This document shows, in pieces, positions 1 through 12,778 of a stretch of 64,000 nucleotides of DNA; the first letter of the stretch is position 1, and every line of letters starts with the position of its first letter. The stretch comes from Marsupella aquatica (taxonomy: Eukaryota > Plantae > Marchantiophyta). Under the pieces are notes generated by a model, which was given only the letters and a program-made list of their open reading frames with translations, was not told the DNA's origin and did no database searches. Made by a program: the position numbers and the translations under genes. Location: assembly GCA_973895155.1 (NCBI GenBank), contig OZ316894.1, forward strand, positions 12,502,828 to 12,566,827, in the 5' to 3' direction.

Positions 1-1289
1 CAAAGGAAGTGTTGCATCTTATCATGAGAGGAGTTTAATGGCAAATATTTTACATAATCAAGAAAACCCACATTAACTACGTATGGTCTGATTATGCACT
101 ATGCCAATTCCTATTGGAAGGCTGCAATTGAGGAAGGTATGGTAGTCTTTGGAAAAACATTCATGCCATCCTTGATTAGCTCCTTCAATTGTTCATGCAC
201 ATTGTAGCATAGTGTAGATATTTAGGACTTCGCTTAAAAGTGCCACTGTCCATGACAAAACCTGGATCCACCATCATTTTCAGTACCTTTTTTTTTTAAT
301 TGTGAAGCAAAGTCGGAGAAGAATGTGAAAAAGAAAGAATTCTTGGACACTTGCCACTGGTGTTTACACTATCTACAACTTGTAAATAGATAAGGGGTAA
401 GACCAGGGATCCCTATACCGACAAATTTGAGCTAAAACAGCAGCCATGGAGGGTCTCTGCGAACCGTACAAAGGAAGGTTTTAACATTTTCAAACATAGG
501 CTACATAGACACAGGATTAGTACCAACAGCACAAAATCAAGAATACAAGGACCTTTTTCTCGACTTCACTCGAGGATTCTCAAAGCCTCACCCTAACAGT
601 CAATTGTTCTTAGGCATACTGTTTGCCAGAACTTCTTTCATAAGCTTGGGTGAATTGTTCTTGAAATCTTATCATTTTAGCCTGGTATGTTTTTTGCTCA
701 ATCACTACTGGCCATTCACACTATGCCCATCAACTCTAGATATTAGGAGCCCTCCACTGCGCACCCACTGCATTGAATTGATGTTGTAGCCGTATCTTAG
801 CTTCACAATGGGACCTGAAGGACTTATGATTTGCTCCACTAAAACAAGTCATGTGACGGGGTCCCCGTCTCGAAAAGTCACCGTTAGGTGTTATTGGCAA
901 GATGCATGTAAATAAATAAGCCAATATATACAAGGGTTTTTAATTTCTTAAAAGTTATTCATCCCGGTGTGTGTTCATGTTGCTCTGGAGGGCCGGAGCC
1001 ATTTGAACCCGGGAGGAACTAATTTTTTGTAATTGACCCTTTGCTCTCTTGGGTCTTGTCGTTGTGGGAGAATAAAATAGGGATTCTTATCGTGGGGTAC
1101 CACCAAGTAATATTTGGAGACCCCGGCAGTTGTTCCAGGCCCTGGGTAATATTGAAAGGGGGCTGTATGCGGAAGAGTAGGTAAGGGGGTGACTGTGCAA
1201 GCCTTTGTAGAAGTTTTTTTTGTCCCTTGGGAGGCTTTAGAGAGGTTTAAAACCTCTCGTTTTAAAGCAGCCGGGGGAGGGCGAGGAAG

Positions 1290-1535
1290 CAGCCGAGTGG
1301 GGGCGAGGCCAGGATGAGGCGAGGCCAGGATGAGGCGAGCCTCCGTTAAAAGGGCTGTCGGGGCCATAGGAAGGCTGCCGAGGATGAAAAGAAAAGGCTG
1401 CCGAGGATGAAAAGGCACCCCGGGAGCATGCGAGCCCCCCTGCATAGGGAGGAGAGCCGGGGAGTACAGGCTGCCAGCGCGAGGTGGCACCCCGGGTGCG
1501 AGCCCCCTGCATAGGGAGGAGAGTCGGGGAGTTAA
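1290..1535. repeat. GC-rich local duplications inside LTR A
   Basis: GGCGAGGCCAGGATGA x2, AGGCTGCCGAGGATGAAAA x2, and GCGAGCCCCCTGCATAGGGAGGAGAG-like x2. Confidence 0.7.
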
Positions 1536-2393
1536 GGAGGCAGCCGCAAGGTGCTGCCGGGGCGCAAGACTGCCCAGGCGCGCGGGGAGAAAATGACAAG
1601 GGAAAAGGGGGGATTAAATCCCCCAAAAACGAGCACGAGCCCTGCGTAGGGAGGTTTGGCCGGGGCGCCGAGCGAAGCTGCCGGGATGAGGAGGGCTTCC
1701 AGGGCAAAGGAGTCACGGCCGCGAACCCTCCATAGGGCCACGTGCCGCCCGCAGAACTTGGGCACAGCCGCGAAGCGCTTCGCGCGGAGGAGGAGCCGGG
1801 AAGCTTCGGGAGGCAGGTGAAGGGGCAAATTAAGCCCCGACTCACGGCGGGGGGCAGGTACGCAAACGGCAAGGGGGGAAGTAGATACTCCCCGATACTC
1901 GGGTGAGTAAGTAGCCGGGAGAGGGCAGCGGACGGCACCTGGCGCCCCGGGCACACACAAAAGAGGGCTTACGCCCTTAAGGAAGCCACACCCTTTTTTC
2001 TTTTCCCTTGAATTTTTTTCGCTTCCCTTGAGATGCCGAAAGCTTCCCTCAAAACTAATTCCTTTGTAAACTGTATCCTGGTTCTCCAATTTTCCCAGAG
2101 TTTTTTCTCTCTAGTTCTTTTACTAGTTCTTTTCTCTGAGCTCGGCATTGAGTTGTGTTGGAGGATTGAATGCTTGCTTCGGAAACATTTGTGACGGCAG
2201 CGTCGGGGGGCCCTGGTGATAGGGGTGGAGCCAATCGTGACATGGGAGCCGAGCTAGGGGGAAACAAGGATTGGGGGATAATTGTTGGATAATTGCCGAG
2301 TACGTGAAACTTTTTGCGGTTTGTCTTGGGTGGTTTGGCTGTGGGCATTTGATCGTGTTAGTGAAGGAAGGAACTCGTGTGAGCCGAATGTGA

Positions 2394-4321
2394 ATGAGCT
2401 CGTCATTGGAAAGACCAGAGTTCAGTAGGGCCCGTATCCGTAGATACAAGGCCGCTTACCGGGACTGCGTTGTGTCGCGGATTGCTAAAGAAAGGGAAGA
2501 GAGACATACAGCCATGAGTACCGGACCAGACCCCCGTGATGCATCCATTGAGAGGAGGGTTTTCCAAAGAGTCTACCCCCGGACTTCTGCCAAGATGATG
2601 GAGGAATACAAAGAAATTTTTCAGGCCACGGGTCTCACCAATTTCATGCGGGTAGAGATCAGGATTCCCCAAGGTAGGACTTGGAACGTGGAGGCAGGAT
2701 TAGAATTCCGTACGGAGGGGATATACTTTCATTGCACACAAAAATTGATTCCCAATACGGAGCTAGCCAAGCTATTGTTCCTGGACAACCAAGATTTTAC
2801 TTTTCAGCCAACGAAGCCACCGGGGATACTTTCGTTGGAGCAGCTAGCTGGGGTTGTGAGAGATCTCACCTCTGTGACCAACATTCCCTTGTCATCATTC
2901 AAGGAACCAGCTTTCAAGGGGTTGGTGGCCAAGATACACCAACGGGTGCTTGGCCGGGGGCAATCTGTGAGTGGAGATCAATTGGCTATTGCCAATGACA
3001 TCAAAGCTCACCCAAATCACACTTACGAATGGTGGTACTTTGGGCTGAAGAAAACGTTGGCCATGGATCCTAAAAGTGTGAAGTCTGGAGGAAGCGTTCA
3101 TTTGATGGTGTCATTCCTCTTGGCCAGGTCAGAAGGGCTCCTCCCCTCTCCGGAGACTGAAGAAGCGGTGCCACCCTTCACCACAGAAATACGGAGGATT
3201 GCAACTACCATCTTGGGTAGTCTCGCGAAGGAATCACCGTCTGAACCGACAGCCAAAATCACTACAAAAGAGGACCCGAATGAGGATAGCACGGTGGAGT
3301 GGATGGAGTTGCTTGTGAGAAATCCGAAGGAGCCCCTTGATTACGATGTGCCCGAGGTATATTTGGCTGAATTACTTGATTTCCGCGAGGGGGTGCATGA
3401 GGGACTGAAGTTGTGCCAAACCTTGAGAGAGGCTCTCAACCAAGCCAACGCCAAGGTGAAAACCTTGCAGACAAGCAGCCATGCCTTGAAGGAAGTGATA
3501 AAGGCTAAGGAGGTGATAATCCAAGAGCAAGGTGGACAACTTACGGAGGCACACGTTCAGATTTCTCAGTTACACGGAGCCTTGTCCACCAAGGCTAAGG
3601 AAGCGTTAGAGGTGGGAGCTTTGAGGGAAGAATTGGCCAAGCTCAAGCAGAGCACCGGTGAGATAGAGAGACTGAAGCGACAAGTTGTGGAGTTACGGGG
3701 TCAGGTTGGACTCCTTGAGACCAGGGCCAAGAGAAACGACATGTTGAGGTTGGGGAAGAGGAAAAGCCCATCCTCGCCTAGCCCTACTCTCCCCCTGACT
3801 TGGTCTCTAAGGCTATAGATATGGTGGTAACAGAGGTGACTCAGAAGTACCAACCCATGTTGGATTCAGCAAGGACAAATAAGGAGAAGTGTAAGATATT
3901 GGAGAAGAAGTTACGGGAGTCCCGTAAATCATAACGGGAGACCCAAGGGAGTCACGGGGCCACCGTGTCCCCGTCATTAATGGTAGAGATCTCACCTAGT
4001 CATGGAATAGCGGGAATGTTGAATATGCCACCTAGGACCGCAAATGCAGGAATCCCTTTGGCTACCGGTCAGGTCTTACCCTTGGAATTGCAGGGAGGGG
4101 AGGAGGCCGCTCTATGGAAGGACACGATCACCCAGGGCTATGTTAGGGCCTGGCAAGCTTTGGCGGCCTTGAGGAGACGGGGGACCTCTGGCCAAACCCC
4201 GGGAAGGACTCCCCCGGTACGGAGGATAGTGGGTGTTACACCCACATCAGTGGGAGGCACTGGTAGTGAGGATTCTAGGGGGTGGAGTCCCGGTTCCGTG
4301 AGTGAGTCGGGGGAAGACTAG
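2394..4321 (+). pseudogene. LTR-encoded accessory protein (globular N-terminal domain + coiled coil), disrupted
   Basis: ORFs 2394-3818 and 3965-4321 align with 20142-21784 (RRYKAAYRD, IFQATG, KIHQRVLG, GGxVHLM, ATGQVLPLEL, LWKDTI). There is a frameshift in the C-run near 3790 and a stop near 3880. Confidence 0.75.
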
Positions 4322-5414
4322 TGAGGCGTACGGACGTTGGTCGTACGGATTTTGAATTATGAAACACCTTGGATGAGGAGAATCACGGGCTTGTTGGAAG
4401 GAGCTCGAGGAGCTGATTCCGACAAGGTGTGGCACGCCCAGAACGGAGTCAGAATGAAGAAGTTATGAGCTCGGGCGTGTTACGGATTCAAACATCCGTA
4501 ACTTGGTCGTCCGGGATCCGTTTTGAGTGCCGCTTACGGATTTGTGATATGGAGGAGCAGAGCTATCCAGGGCTCCCCTCAAGGGATAGTTCAAAATGGT
4601 TGAGGGTTTTGACCTTGAGTGGCCCCCTTCCTTCCCCATAACTACCAAATACGGTTGACACCGTCAAAGGCACCGGCGGTTAGATTAGGGTTTTTTTTAG
4701 AAACATGTGTGTGCTGCATGTTTTAGGTTAAGGATTTCTTTGTGAAGGGCTTTAGCGGCACCGCTAGGGTAACCGCCATCTGTGTGACCCCGTGAGGGGT
4801 GCTTTGGTGTGTTTTTTCAGTATTTAGGGGGAGAGCCCCAGAGTAGTAGGGGGAACTCAGTCTAGAGTTGGTTTTAGGGAAGTTAGCTCATAGCCAGCAG
4901 GGGGAATCAAGCCAGAGTAGTGAGGTAGAGGTGTAGCACTTGCCCCAGTGAGGCAGGAGTTGGGCAGACGGCAGGAGGCCAGGTTGTCCTTGCAATGTGT
5001 TACGACGTTTTGCCAAAAGATATGGATTTGGTTTGATTCCTCAAGTTTTGGTGTGGCGTTATCTTTTCTAGTTCTCAATTGTGTTCTTTCCCCAAGAAGT
5101 GTCTAAGGAATCCTTTGCACGGTTTGGTCAACCCTATGAGGAGGGGTGGTGACAACACTCCACCAACGACCAGTAGGAGTGTGTGGTGTAGTCCATGGGA
5201 CTTGATCAAAAGCAGAGAGGCTAGTCGGTAGACTTGATCAAAAATTACACTTCCGGGAGCGGAATCAAACATACTCATCCTACATGCAATAGAGTCCGAA
5301 TAGCGTTCCTCCACGTTCCCATCATACGATAACAAACGATTTTAGTAGGAGGAAATACGTATTTGTTGTGTAAATCGTTTGATAAGCAGGTGACATAAGT
5401 GTGGTCCTTGTTTT

Positions 5415-5432
5415 TGGCGCCGCTACCGGGGA
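5415..5432 (+). promoter_or_regulatory. Putative tRNA primer-binding site TGGCGCCGCTACCGGGGA (Athila-like)
   Basis: Resembles the TGGCGCCGTTGCCGGGGA PBS of Athila-type plant gypsy elements, is preceded by a T-run, and lies 19 nt after the LTR end. Confidence 0.65.
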
Positions 5433-5583
5433 AAACCTTCTCCTTGTTTGGTTGCAGGAGGAGGGGAGCTACGTCTCTTTGGATTTCAAGCGTATCAACC
5501 ACAACGCAACTTGCGACGGTTGATGCGTGAGAAGTTGTGTTGGTGATATTTTTCTGTGAGCTTGGCATGCAGGTCTCAATGGG

Positions 5584-8047
5584 ATGCCGAGAGGAAGAAA
5601 GGGAGGTAGAGCAAGCCCCCAACACTCACATACGCTTGAGCTAGACCGAGTGCCCTCGGGGATTGGTGTCGAAGAACGATTACGGATTGCAGAAGAGTCA
5701 AATGTAGATCACGTGCTTGAAGAAGGGGAGTCCATTGTGTTGGTGCAGTCGGAGTCACGGCAGAGCCCGATCCCAGAGCTCACTACATTGCTGGTGGCCC
5801 AACGTACGCCATTACCACCTGTGTTGATATGGGGACCAGTTGCACCAATGGCAGCTGCTCAACGTACCCGTGTTCAGTACGTACCCTTCAAGGGGAGACC
5901 AAAAGATGATCCAGACGAATAGATTGAGGAGTTTGAAGGGATTGCTGAAGCTAATGGGGAGTCTGCACACAAGCTCACTATCATTCCTGGAATGATGAGA
6001 GGAGGGGCAAGCCCATGGTTCATTTCGTTGTTGCCCAACGTTAAAGCCGATTGGGATTTATTCAAGCAAGCCTTCTTGAAGGAGTTCAGATCCATTAGAG
6101 TGGAGGCGACATCACTATTGAAGGTGGGCCAACTCAGAATGAAGAAGGAGTCATTACGAAGGGTTTTACAAAGGTTCCAAAAGTTAGTACGACGGATACA
6201 AGCCCGTACCGATGACACTATGCGTCAAGCGTGGTTTGTAGCTGCTCTACCAAGCAAGATGGGGTTCTTTGTACGTCAAGCCAAGCCAACCACATTGGCT
6301 GAAGCTGTTACAGCAGCGGAGTCATACAGTGCAGCTGATGCCACAAGCAAGCGTTGTCAAAGAAAGAAGCTGAAGCCGGTTGACAGTTCCTCTAGTGATG
6401 AATCCAGTGGATCTGAGTCAGATAGTAGTGATGAATCTGAGGATTCTGAGAGTACTACGGAGTCAAACACTACGGAGTCAAAAGCCAAAAAACGGAAGAA
6501 TAAAAAGAAGAAGTTGTCCAAGAAGATCAAGAAGTCTTCTCATCGTGAAGTGGTACTACCCACGGTGGCCGTTACCCCATTGTCTACGGCAAGATGGTTG
6601 AAGGAGCAAAAGGCTAGATACGATGAGTTGACGGAGCAAATGAAAGCGTTGAAAGTACATTTTTCCGGACTCAAGCCAGAGAGGAGAAAAGTTCTGGTGG
6701 AGAGAGCCAATGTGTGGTGTACCAAGTGCATGAAGTTTAGTCATGCCCCGAAGGAATGCCCAACGGGAGAACCAGCCAAGGTTTTCCAAGTAAGGGAGGA
6801 TGACGTTGAGGGGGCAAGCTACTCAAACCCTTCTTATGTAGCAGAAGGGCCAGTAGAGTATTTCATGGAGGAGCCACTCGAGGCCAACGTGTATAGTGTA
6901 CAACCTCTCAACCCGGGACCACGGAGCATTCATGGGGTTTCAACTAACGTTGGAGCCCCCGCGTACTCCAACTATCCCAATGCAAACCCGGGAAATCGAC
7001 CACCGTATCCTGGAGTGAGGAAGATCCCTATTTGTTACAATTGTAGAGTGGCTGGCCACTACGCTAATGTGTGCCCAGAGCCCACACGTCAAGGAAATGG
7101 AGATTTTGCCCAGTTGTGTCAATTGTGCAAGGGGGAGGATCATCTTGCACCACACTGCCCAACGTTGGAAGCGTTCAAGACTCAACAACCCGGGGGACCA
7201 GAGAAGAAGGGGCCACCACCCCCTTTCAAAGAAGCGAACCTCAACTTTCTCACAACGGAAGCAGTCAACACCCCGTTGGTCACAAAACGAGAGGAGCCCG
7301 TAGTGGACGTTCCCAAGCGGAGGCTGGCCACCATCAAAGAGGAGCCGGTATCTTCAGTCATTGTAGTATCTCCAGTTGTGGAGGCACCCTTGGTTGTTGT
7401 TGTCACTTCAGAAGTTGTTGAGCACACACGGTCACCAAGTCATGAGTGGACTCACACAGACAATCTACCGGAGGTGGACAGCGACAATGAGAGGAGGCAT
7501 TACTCTTGTTACCGGGTCTCCACTAGATCCGGGAAGAAGAACGATAAATCTGTAGCGAAGCAAAAATACAAGGAGGTGCATCAAGCTTCCACGTCGGGCA
7601 CATCACGCGAACCGGCGGTGCCACCTATGGAGGATAGCGACTTTGACCGGGACAACCCCAAGTTATTTTACCCCAAGGTGGGGGAAGAAGTACGTAAGCA
7701 GCTGGAGGAGCTAGAAGCACAAGCAATGCAGACGGCCATTGACAAAGACTTGGAGGAGGCAAAGACTTGGAGAAAGCAGAGGAGAAGGTTGTTCGTTGGA
7801 AACCAAGAGAGGAGGTCATCCCACCCATACCTCCTGCAACTGCATACAACATTGTTCAAGATATTCTGGATTGCCCGATCACTGCCACGATTGGTCAACT
7901 ACTACGTGATAGCTCCCTCTACCGCCGCCAAGTCAAGGAGATTCTTATGGGGAGGAGACGTAGAAGAAGGGTTATCCAAAGTTGGGATTGACCCCATACA
8001 AGTCAATTGGGTCATAGAGGATTTGGGTGCCCCAGAACTCACAATAG
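5584..8047 (+). pseudogene. gag: Ty3/gypsy gag of outer element A (retrotransposon gag domain, CCHC knuckles)
   Basis: PFKGRPKDDPDE*IEEFE (TGG>TAG at 5920) and WDLFKQAFLKEF. Knuckles are CTKCMKFSHAPKEC, CYNCRVAGHYANVC and CQLCKGEDHLAPHC. Frameshifts occur near 7770-7980, and the gene is interrupted at 8048. Confidence 0.85.
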
Positions 8048-8377
8048 TGTCACACCATTCTAGGTAGTGTTAGAGTGTATCGTACTATCTAGATCCGTAT
8101 GTTTGGTATGTGTGTTATATGAGCCGATAAGGTTTCGTTAGGTTTGTGTGAGAGGGTACTTCTCTCTTGTGAGGCATTGAAAGGTCATCTTTCAATGTTG
8201 AGCCTTGGAGAGGGAGGAGCTTGAGTGGCTCTGGTGGCCGTGAGCTCCGCTTGTGTAACGTGGATTCCTTGAGTAGTGCAAGGTGCGTTGGCTTGACATA
8301 CGTGTGTGATCGGATCGGTGCGGGATCAATTGGGTATTGTTGACCGGGATCGCTGTGCCGATTGATTGTGGAGATTA
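8048..8377 (+). repeat. Terminal repeat A1 of DNMT element copy 1
   Basis: Direct repeat of 28005-28332 (TGTCACACCATTC...GAGATTA). Confidence 0.92.
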
Positions 8378-10175
8378 CATTGAAAGATCAGATTCAAAAT
8401 CTGTTGTACGGACTGTGCGGACAGAAGTTTGATTGATTGAGTTGTCGACGGTTTGTGGTAGCTCGGATCGTGTATTGTTACCGAACAGATCGTTGGTATC
8501 TCAATCTATAGCGATGTTGAGTTGCTATCCGATCGGTCTACTTCCCGATCGATGTACAGATTTGTGATTGGTGACAGGTTTTGAGTTCGGAGATTATCGT
8601 GGGCTGGCTATCGAAGGAAATCAGTTTGGGACGTTGAGGCTATCGTGTTGATCGTTAGCTTCTGTCGATCTGCACTGAAGGTTGGATCACAATCTGTGAA
8701 AGGCGGGTTCACAAAGCTCTGATTGGATCTGCTGTTTTTATGAAGGAAATTGCTCCTTCCAATTTCAAATATTGCCAGATCTGATAGCAGGTTGTTGATC
8801 TACAAAACCCAGTTGGAGATGTTCGACTGTGTTCCTCCACCGATCTGCTGTTTTCAGGAAGAAACATTCACAAATGTTGTTGGATTTGTAGTGGCGCCAA
8901 TGACACAGGTGCGGAAGTGAACTGTCAATGATCGTGAATCGTCGATGCTTCTGAAGCTGCGTTTTTTGTGAAGGGATTGAGGGCCGATGTTGCCAAATTG
9001 TGTATGCTGTCGGACGACGTTTTTGTGAAGGAAATCGCTACTTTCGAGTGGCAAATGTTGCCATTTCTGAGCCCGACGACTTCTGTTTTGTGTACACACA
9101 CAACTGTGCGCACATAAGGCGAATCGTGAGGTCACCCATCCCAAAACTATTCCAAGTCGTGAGCGCAAGGGCGAAGTGCGAGGTCACCCATCCCGGGACT
9201 ATTCCGAGTCATGAGCGCGAGGTCACCCATCCCAGGGCTATTCCCGGCCGCAAGTGCTTAACTAGCAAGTTCTCATCCCACCTTGTGTACACACAAGCAT
9301 TCACAACTTGTTATTTAGATTCAAGCGCCAAGGGGCTTTATACACTTCCCGGTTTATTCAAAGGCCTATTCTAGGCCAAATCAGGGGTTGCTGTAGGGTT
9401 TTTGATACTTCTGAGTCCATCTAGACTCACAGATTGAACCAATTTTGCCTTGATTCTCATCTACAACATTGGAGTGCCATTGTGAAGCCTATTATGAAGG
9501 CTCTTCCTTGAACCTTATGCACATTGTCATATTGATTTGCATTTGCTTTTGTGTGGAGAGTTGAATGGTATCCATTCTTGTTTCTAGATCCTCTTCACAC
9601 ATGCTTCCTGTTTATGCGCCATGTTAGTTTGGTGTGGGCGCTTGATTCCATAGGAATGATCCGGGTTTGCAACCGGACATTCTAGTTGTGCTGTGCATTT
9701 CTCTCCCGGTGATGTTGGAGTGATGCCCAACACACCATGGTGAGTGCTTGTGGTGCTGACACGGACAAATTGCCCTTAGGGTTAGCATATAGATTAGGTT
9801 AGGTTGGACACCACGGATTCTTCTGGTGCTGATGGGTTACCCGATGGATGACGGACCGGTTTCACTCGGAGTGGGGCACAGTTTCGGCCAGCGGCATTGG
9901 TAGCAGTCAGCAGTGCAACTTCAGACAGTGATTCCGACAAGGACTCAGTCACCAGTTCTCCTCGTCATCAGGTGGTTGCACCTTTGTTGTGGGATATGGA
10001 CGAGATGTATGGGGCTACAAAGGGCCCACGACGATACTCTGGTGCAGTTGGCATAATTGATCTGGATGACTTCATCCAGAAGTTTGATATGTGGTGCGAT
10101 ATGCAGACATTGCGTAACGCCACGTTGTTTATGTTGGGTATTTACTCTTACGTCTAGGTTAGGTATGACGTGGTT

Positions 10176-10329
10176 GGTACAACAACGTGGGTTGGTACAA
10201 CTACGTGGTTAGGTACAACTACGTGATTAGGTACAACTATGTGGTCAGGTACAACTACGTGATTAGGTACAACTATGTGGTTAGGTACAACTACGTGATT
10301 AGGTACAACTATGTGGTTAGGTACAACTA
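10176..10329 (+). repeat. 18-bp tandem array in the copia LTR (also 16287-16440)
   Basis: Nine GGTACAAC cores at 18-bp period (GGTACAACTACGTGATTA / GGTACAACTATGTGGTTA). Confidence 0.92.
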
Positions 10330-11920
10330 AGTTGCACACTATATCATAAGAGGCATGTGTGCTTGGAGAGGTAGAACCAAGACTCATTGTTATGGAGCCA
10401 CTTGAGAGATAGGGAGAGCTTACACTGTGGAGACTCGGTATAGCCGACGGGCTTAGAGTTCAGTAAAGCTCTCTTGTGTGTTCCCGTGGACGTAGCCTCA
10501 AGGAGGTGAACCACGTATCTCTTGTGTCGACTATTGTGCGTTGGATGGTTCATGGGCTTGCCGTTGCGATCGTCGTCTATGCTCAACAATTGGTATCAGA
10601 GCATGCTTGGGAGGTGACGTGTGTTCGTGACGGGATTTCATGACGGTTTTTCCAGCGTTGAGTGTTGGTGGATTTTCCAGAGTTCCATCGCATGGAACTT
10701 GGAGTTTATGGGCTCAACGGATAGATCAGGGCAAGAGCTTTCTAACGGTGTGAAGAAATCGTTGAACGGAGCTCGTGGTGCAGAGAGATCTAAGTTTTCG
10801 TCATTCTGGATTTTGTGAAGAAAGTTGGCAATCGACTCGGAGGGAGAAGCGTCAAGTGTTTTGACTCAACGGAGAGATTGAGGCAAGACGATTGTTTTTG
10901 AGTCCGGGATTGGCTCTTTGATGCAAAGAGGAAGGCTAAGCAAAATCAATTACCTTGTTGGACTTGGTGACGGCACCAAGTGCAATTGATCAACATTCGT
11001 TGTTGACAAGGTACCATTTTTTTCTCTTTGAAAAACTGATTCGAAATTGGCTATGGCAATTGAGAGAAATCTGTCATCTTTACCAATTTTTTTCTCCCTC
11101 GTTCTTTCCTCGTTTTGGGTGCTTCTTATATCGATCTTCATCGCCTCGGAGTCTAGTTTCCAAATCTGAAATCGGATCTTGATTTCGTCAAAACCCGAGT
11201 GAGATATCTTGCGTTTGGTGTCAAGGGGTACATTCTGCCGTGTGTATTTTCTGCGCGCGCGACCAGATTTCGACGACGAAGGGTGGTAGGGGGTTTTGGG
11301 GGTTCGAGGACACATGTCAGCCCCTCGATTGTTCTTCCAAAATTCCCACAGGGCCTGTACAAGGGTCATAGAATATTCCAAAAAAACCAGAGAGCTATTT
11401 TTTGACCGTCCGACAAAGATTTCATCCGCCGAACGGTAACTTTTTTGGTTATTTTTCGGCGAGGTCGTAGCCATTGAAGTTGGCAATGCAGCGCACCAAT
11501 CACATCGCAATTCCGACAACGGGTTGTACTTGGTATTTCGGTTATTCCCTGAGGTGGTCAAAACGGGGGAGTTTTCCAAGGTTTTACCCACCTCGACCGA
11601 AATTTGAATAACTTTTCCGTCAAATTTCAATTTTGATTTCGGTTTTCAGTATTGGACTCCTAGCTTTGTGGGCTACGCGGCGGTGTTGAGTTTCGAGTTT
11701 TTTGAGAAGTTGTGAAAAATAACATTTTTTGTGACTTTCTCATATGAGTGATTCGGAGAAGTTTTTCGAAGACGTGGAACTTGAAGCATGAGGATCACCG
11801 CGGAGGTTTCAGGGGCAGAGAGAGGAGCAGGAGGAAGAGCACGTGACACCAATACCATCACCGGTGCGGCGTGTGGTGGAGGAAGCAGTACTACTACTGG
11901 AGCTCACGGTAAAGAAGAAG

Positions 11921-12778
11921 ATGGGGACTTTCAAGCTTGGGGGACCCAAGTATGAAGTGACAAAGTATGATGGGCGCTCTGACTACTTGCTATGGGAGAA
12001 GCAGGTGAAGGGAGTGCTTTATGCGTCAGGGATGGGCCAACTGCTGAGCCCTCGTGAAGACGATGTTGATGAGAAACAATGGGACCGCATGCAGGAGCAG
12101 GGAGTGTGGTGTGTTACACTCTATCTCATGCCTCCCATCATCAAGCAGTTGGGTGCACATAAGGATTGCATGTCCTTGTTTGCGGAATTGCAGAGCAAGT
12201 ATCACCGCAAGGAGTTGTCGAACCGGCTCTACACTTCCTACAAACTGATGAGTTTCAGGATGAAGGAATCTGGTACGAAGTTGCAAGACCATGTGGATGC
12301 TTTCAACGACATGGTCGTTGACTTGGAAAACCTTGGGGAGACTTTGAATGATGAGACGAAGGCTCTGCAGCTTCTTAGTTCATTGCCTCCATCTTACCAG
12401 TCCCTATCACGAGTGTTGTTGCATCGTGATAGGGATAATATTTCATACAATGACGTGGTAAGTTCTCTGCTTAGTGATGATCTTCAGCAGAAGATGCACA
12501 TCACGTCACAGCCTTCATCATTTGGTGCTGCCCTCAATGTTAACCGTGGGAGGAGTATGCAGCGACCAACTGGGGACCGTAGAACCCAGTTTAGATCTAA
12601 ATCCAGATCTAAGTCCAAGGGTAAATCCCCTCAGAGGAGGCAGGTGACATGTTGGAAGTGCAACCAAGTTGGACACTTCAAGCGAGACTGTAAGGGAAAG
12701 GTAGCGGAAACTTCATCGGCAAATGTGGCTAGGACTGATGGAGAAGCTGATTTACTCAATGATGAGTATGTTTTATGA
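11921..12778 (+). CDS. gag: Copia Gag
   Basis: KYDGRSDYLLW, LLSSLPPSY and CWKCNQVGHFKRDC knuckle. First ATG at 11921. Confidence 0.9.
   Translation: MGTFKLGGPKYEVTKYDGRSDYLLWEKQVKGVLYASGMGQLLSPREDDVDEKQWDRMQEQGVWCVTLYLMPPIIKQLGAHKDCMSLFAELQSKYHRKELSNRLYTSYKLMSFRMKESGTKLQDHVDAFNDMVVDLENLGETLNDETKALQLLSSLPPSYQSLSRVLLHRDRDNISYNDVVSSLLSDDLQQKMHITSQPSSFGAALNVNRGRSMQRPTGDRRTQFRSKSRSKSKGKSPQRRQVTCWKCNQVGHFKRDCKGKVAETSSANVARTDGEADLLNDEYVL

Larger units (their letters stand above)
852..5395 (+). mobile_element. Giant (~4.5 kb) 5' LTR of an outer Ty3/gypsy element (family A)
   Basis: Starts TGTGACGGGGTCCC and ends GATAAGCAGGTGACA. Both termini and the internal blocks match the TSD-flanked insert at 18694-22886. 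It is followed by a PBS-like motif and gag. Confidence 0.85.

Noticed and set aside
975-2089. Several overlapping Pro/Arg/Gly-rich ORFs (also 18864-20089)
   Set aside because: This is GC-rich repetitive LTR sequence with few stops, and the peptides are not conserved between the two LTR copies.
10176-10329. Regularly spaced repeats resembling a CRISPR array, and the antisense VVPNH-repeat ORF
   Set aside because: These are tandem 18-bp units without unique spacers inside a copia LTR in eukaryotic DNA. The ORF is a by-product of the repeat.
10950-11630. 226-aa antisense ORF in the copia leader
   Set aside because: No recognisable motifs, a non-ATG start, and no second copy to test conservation.
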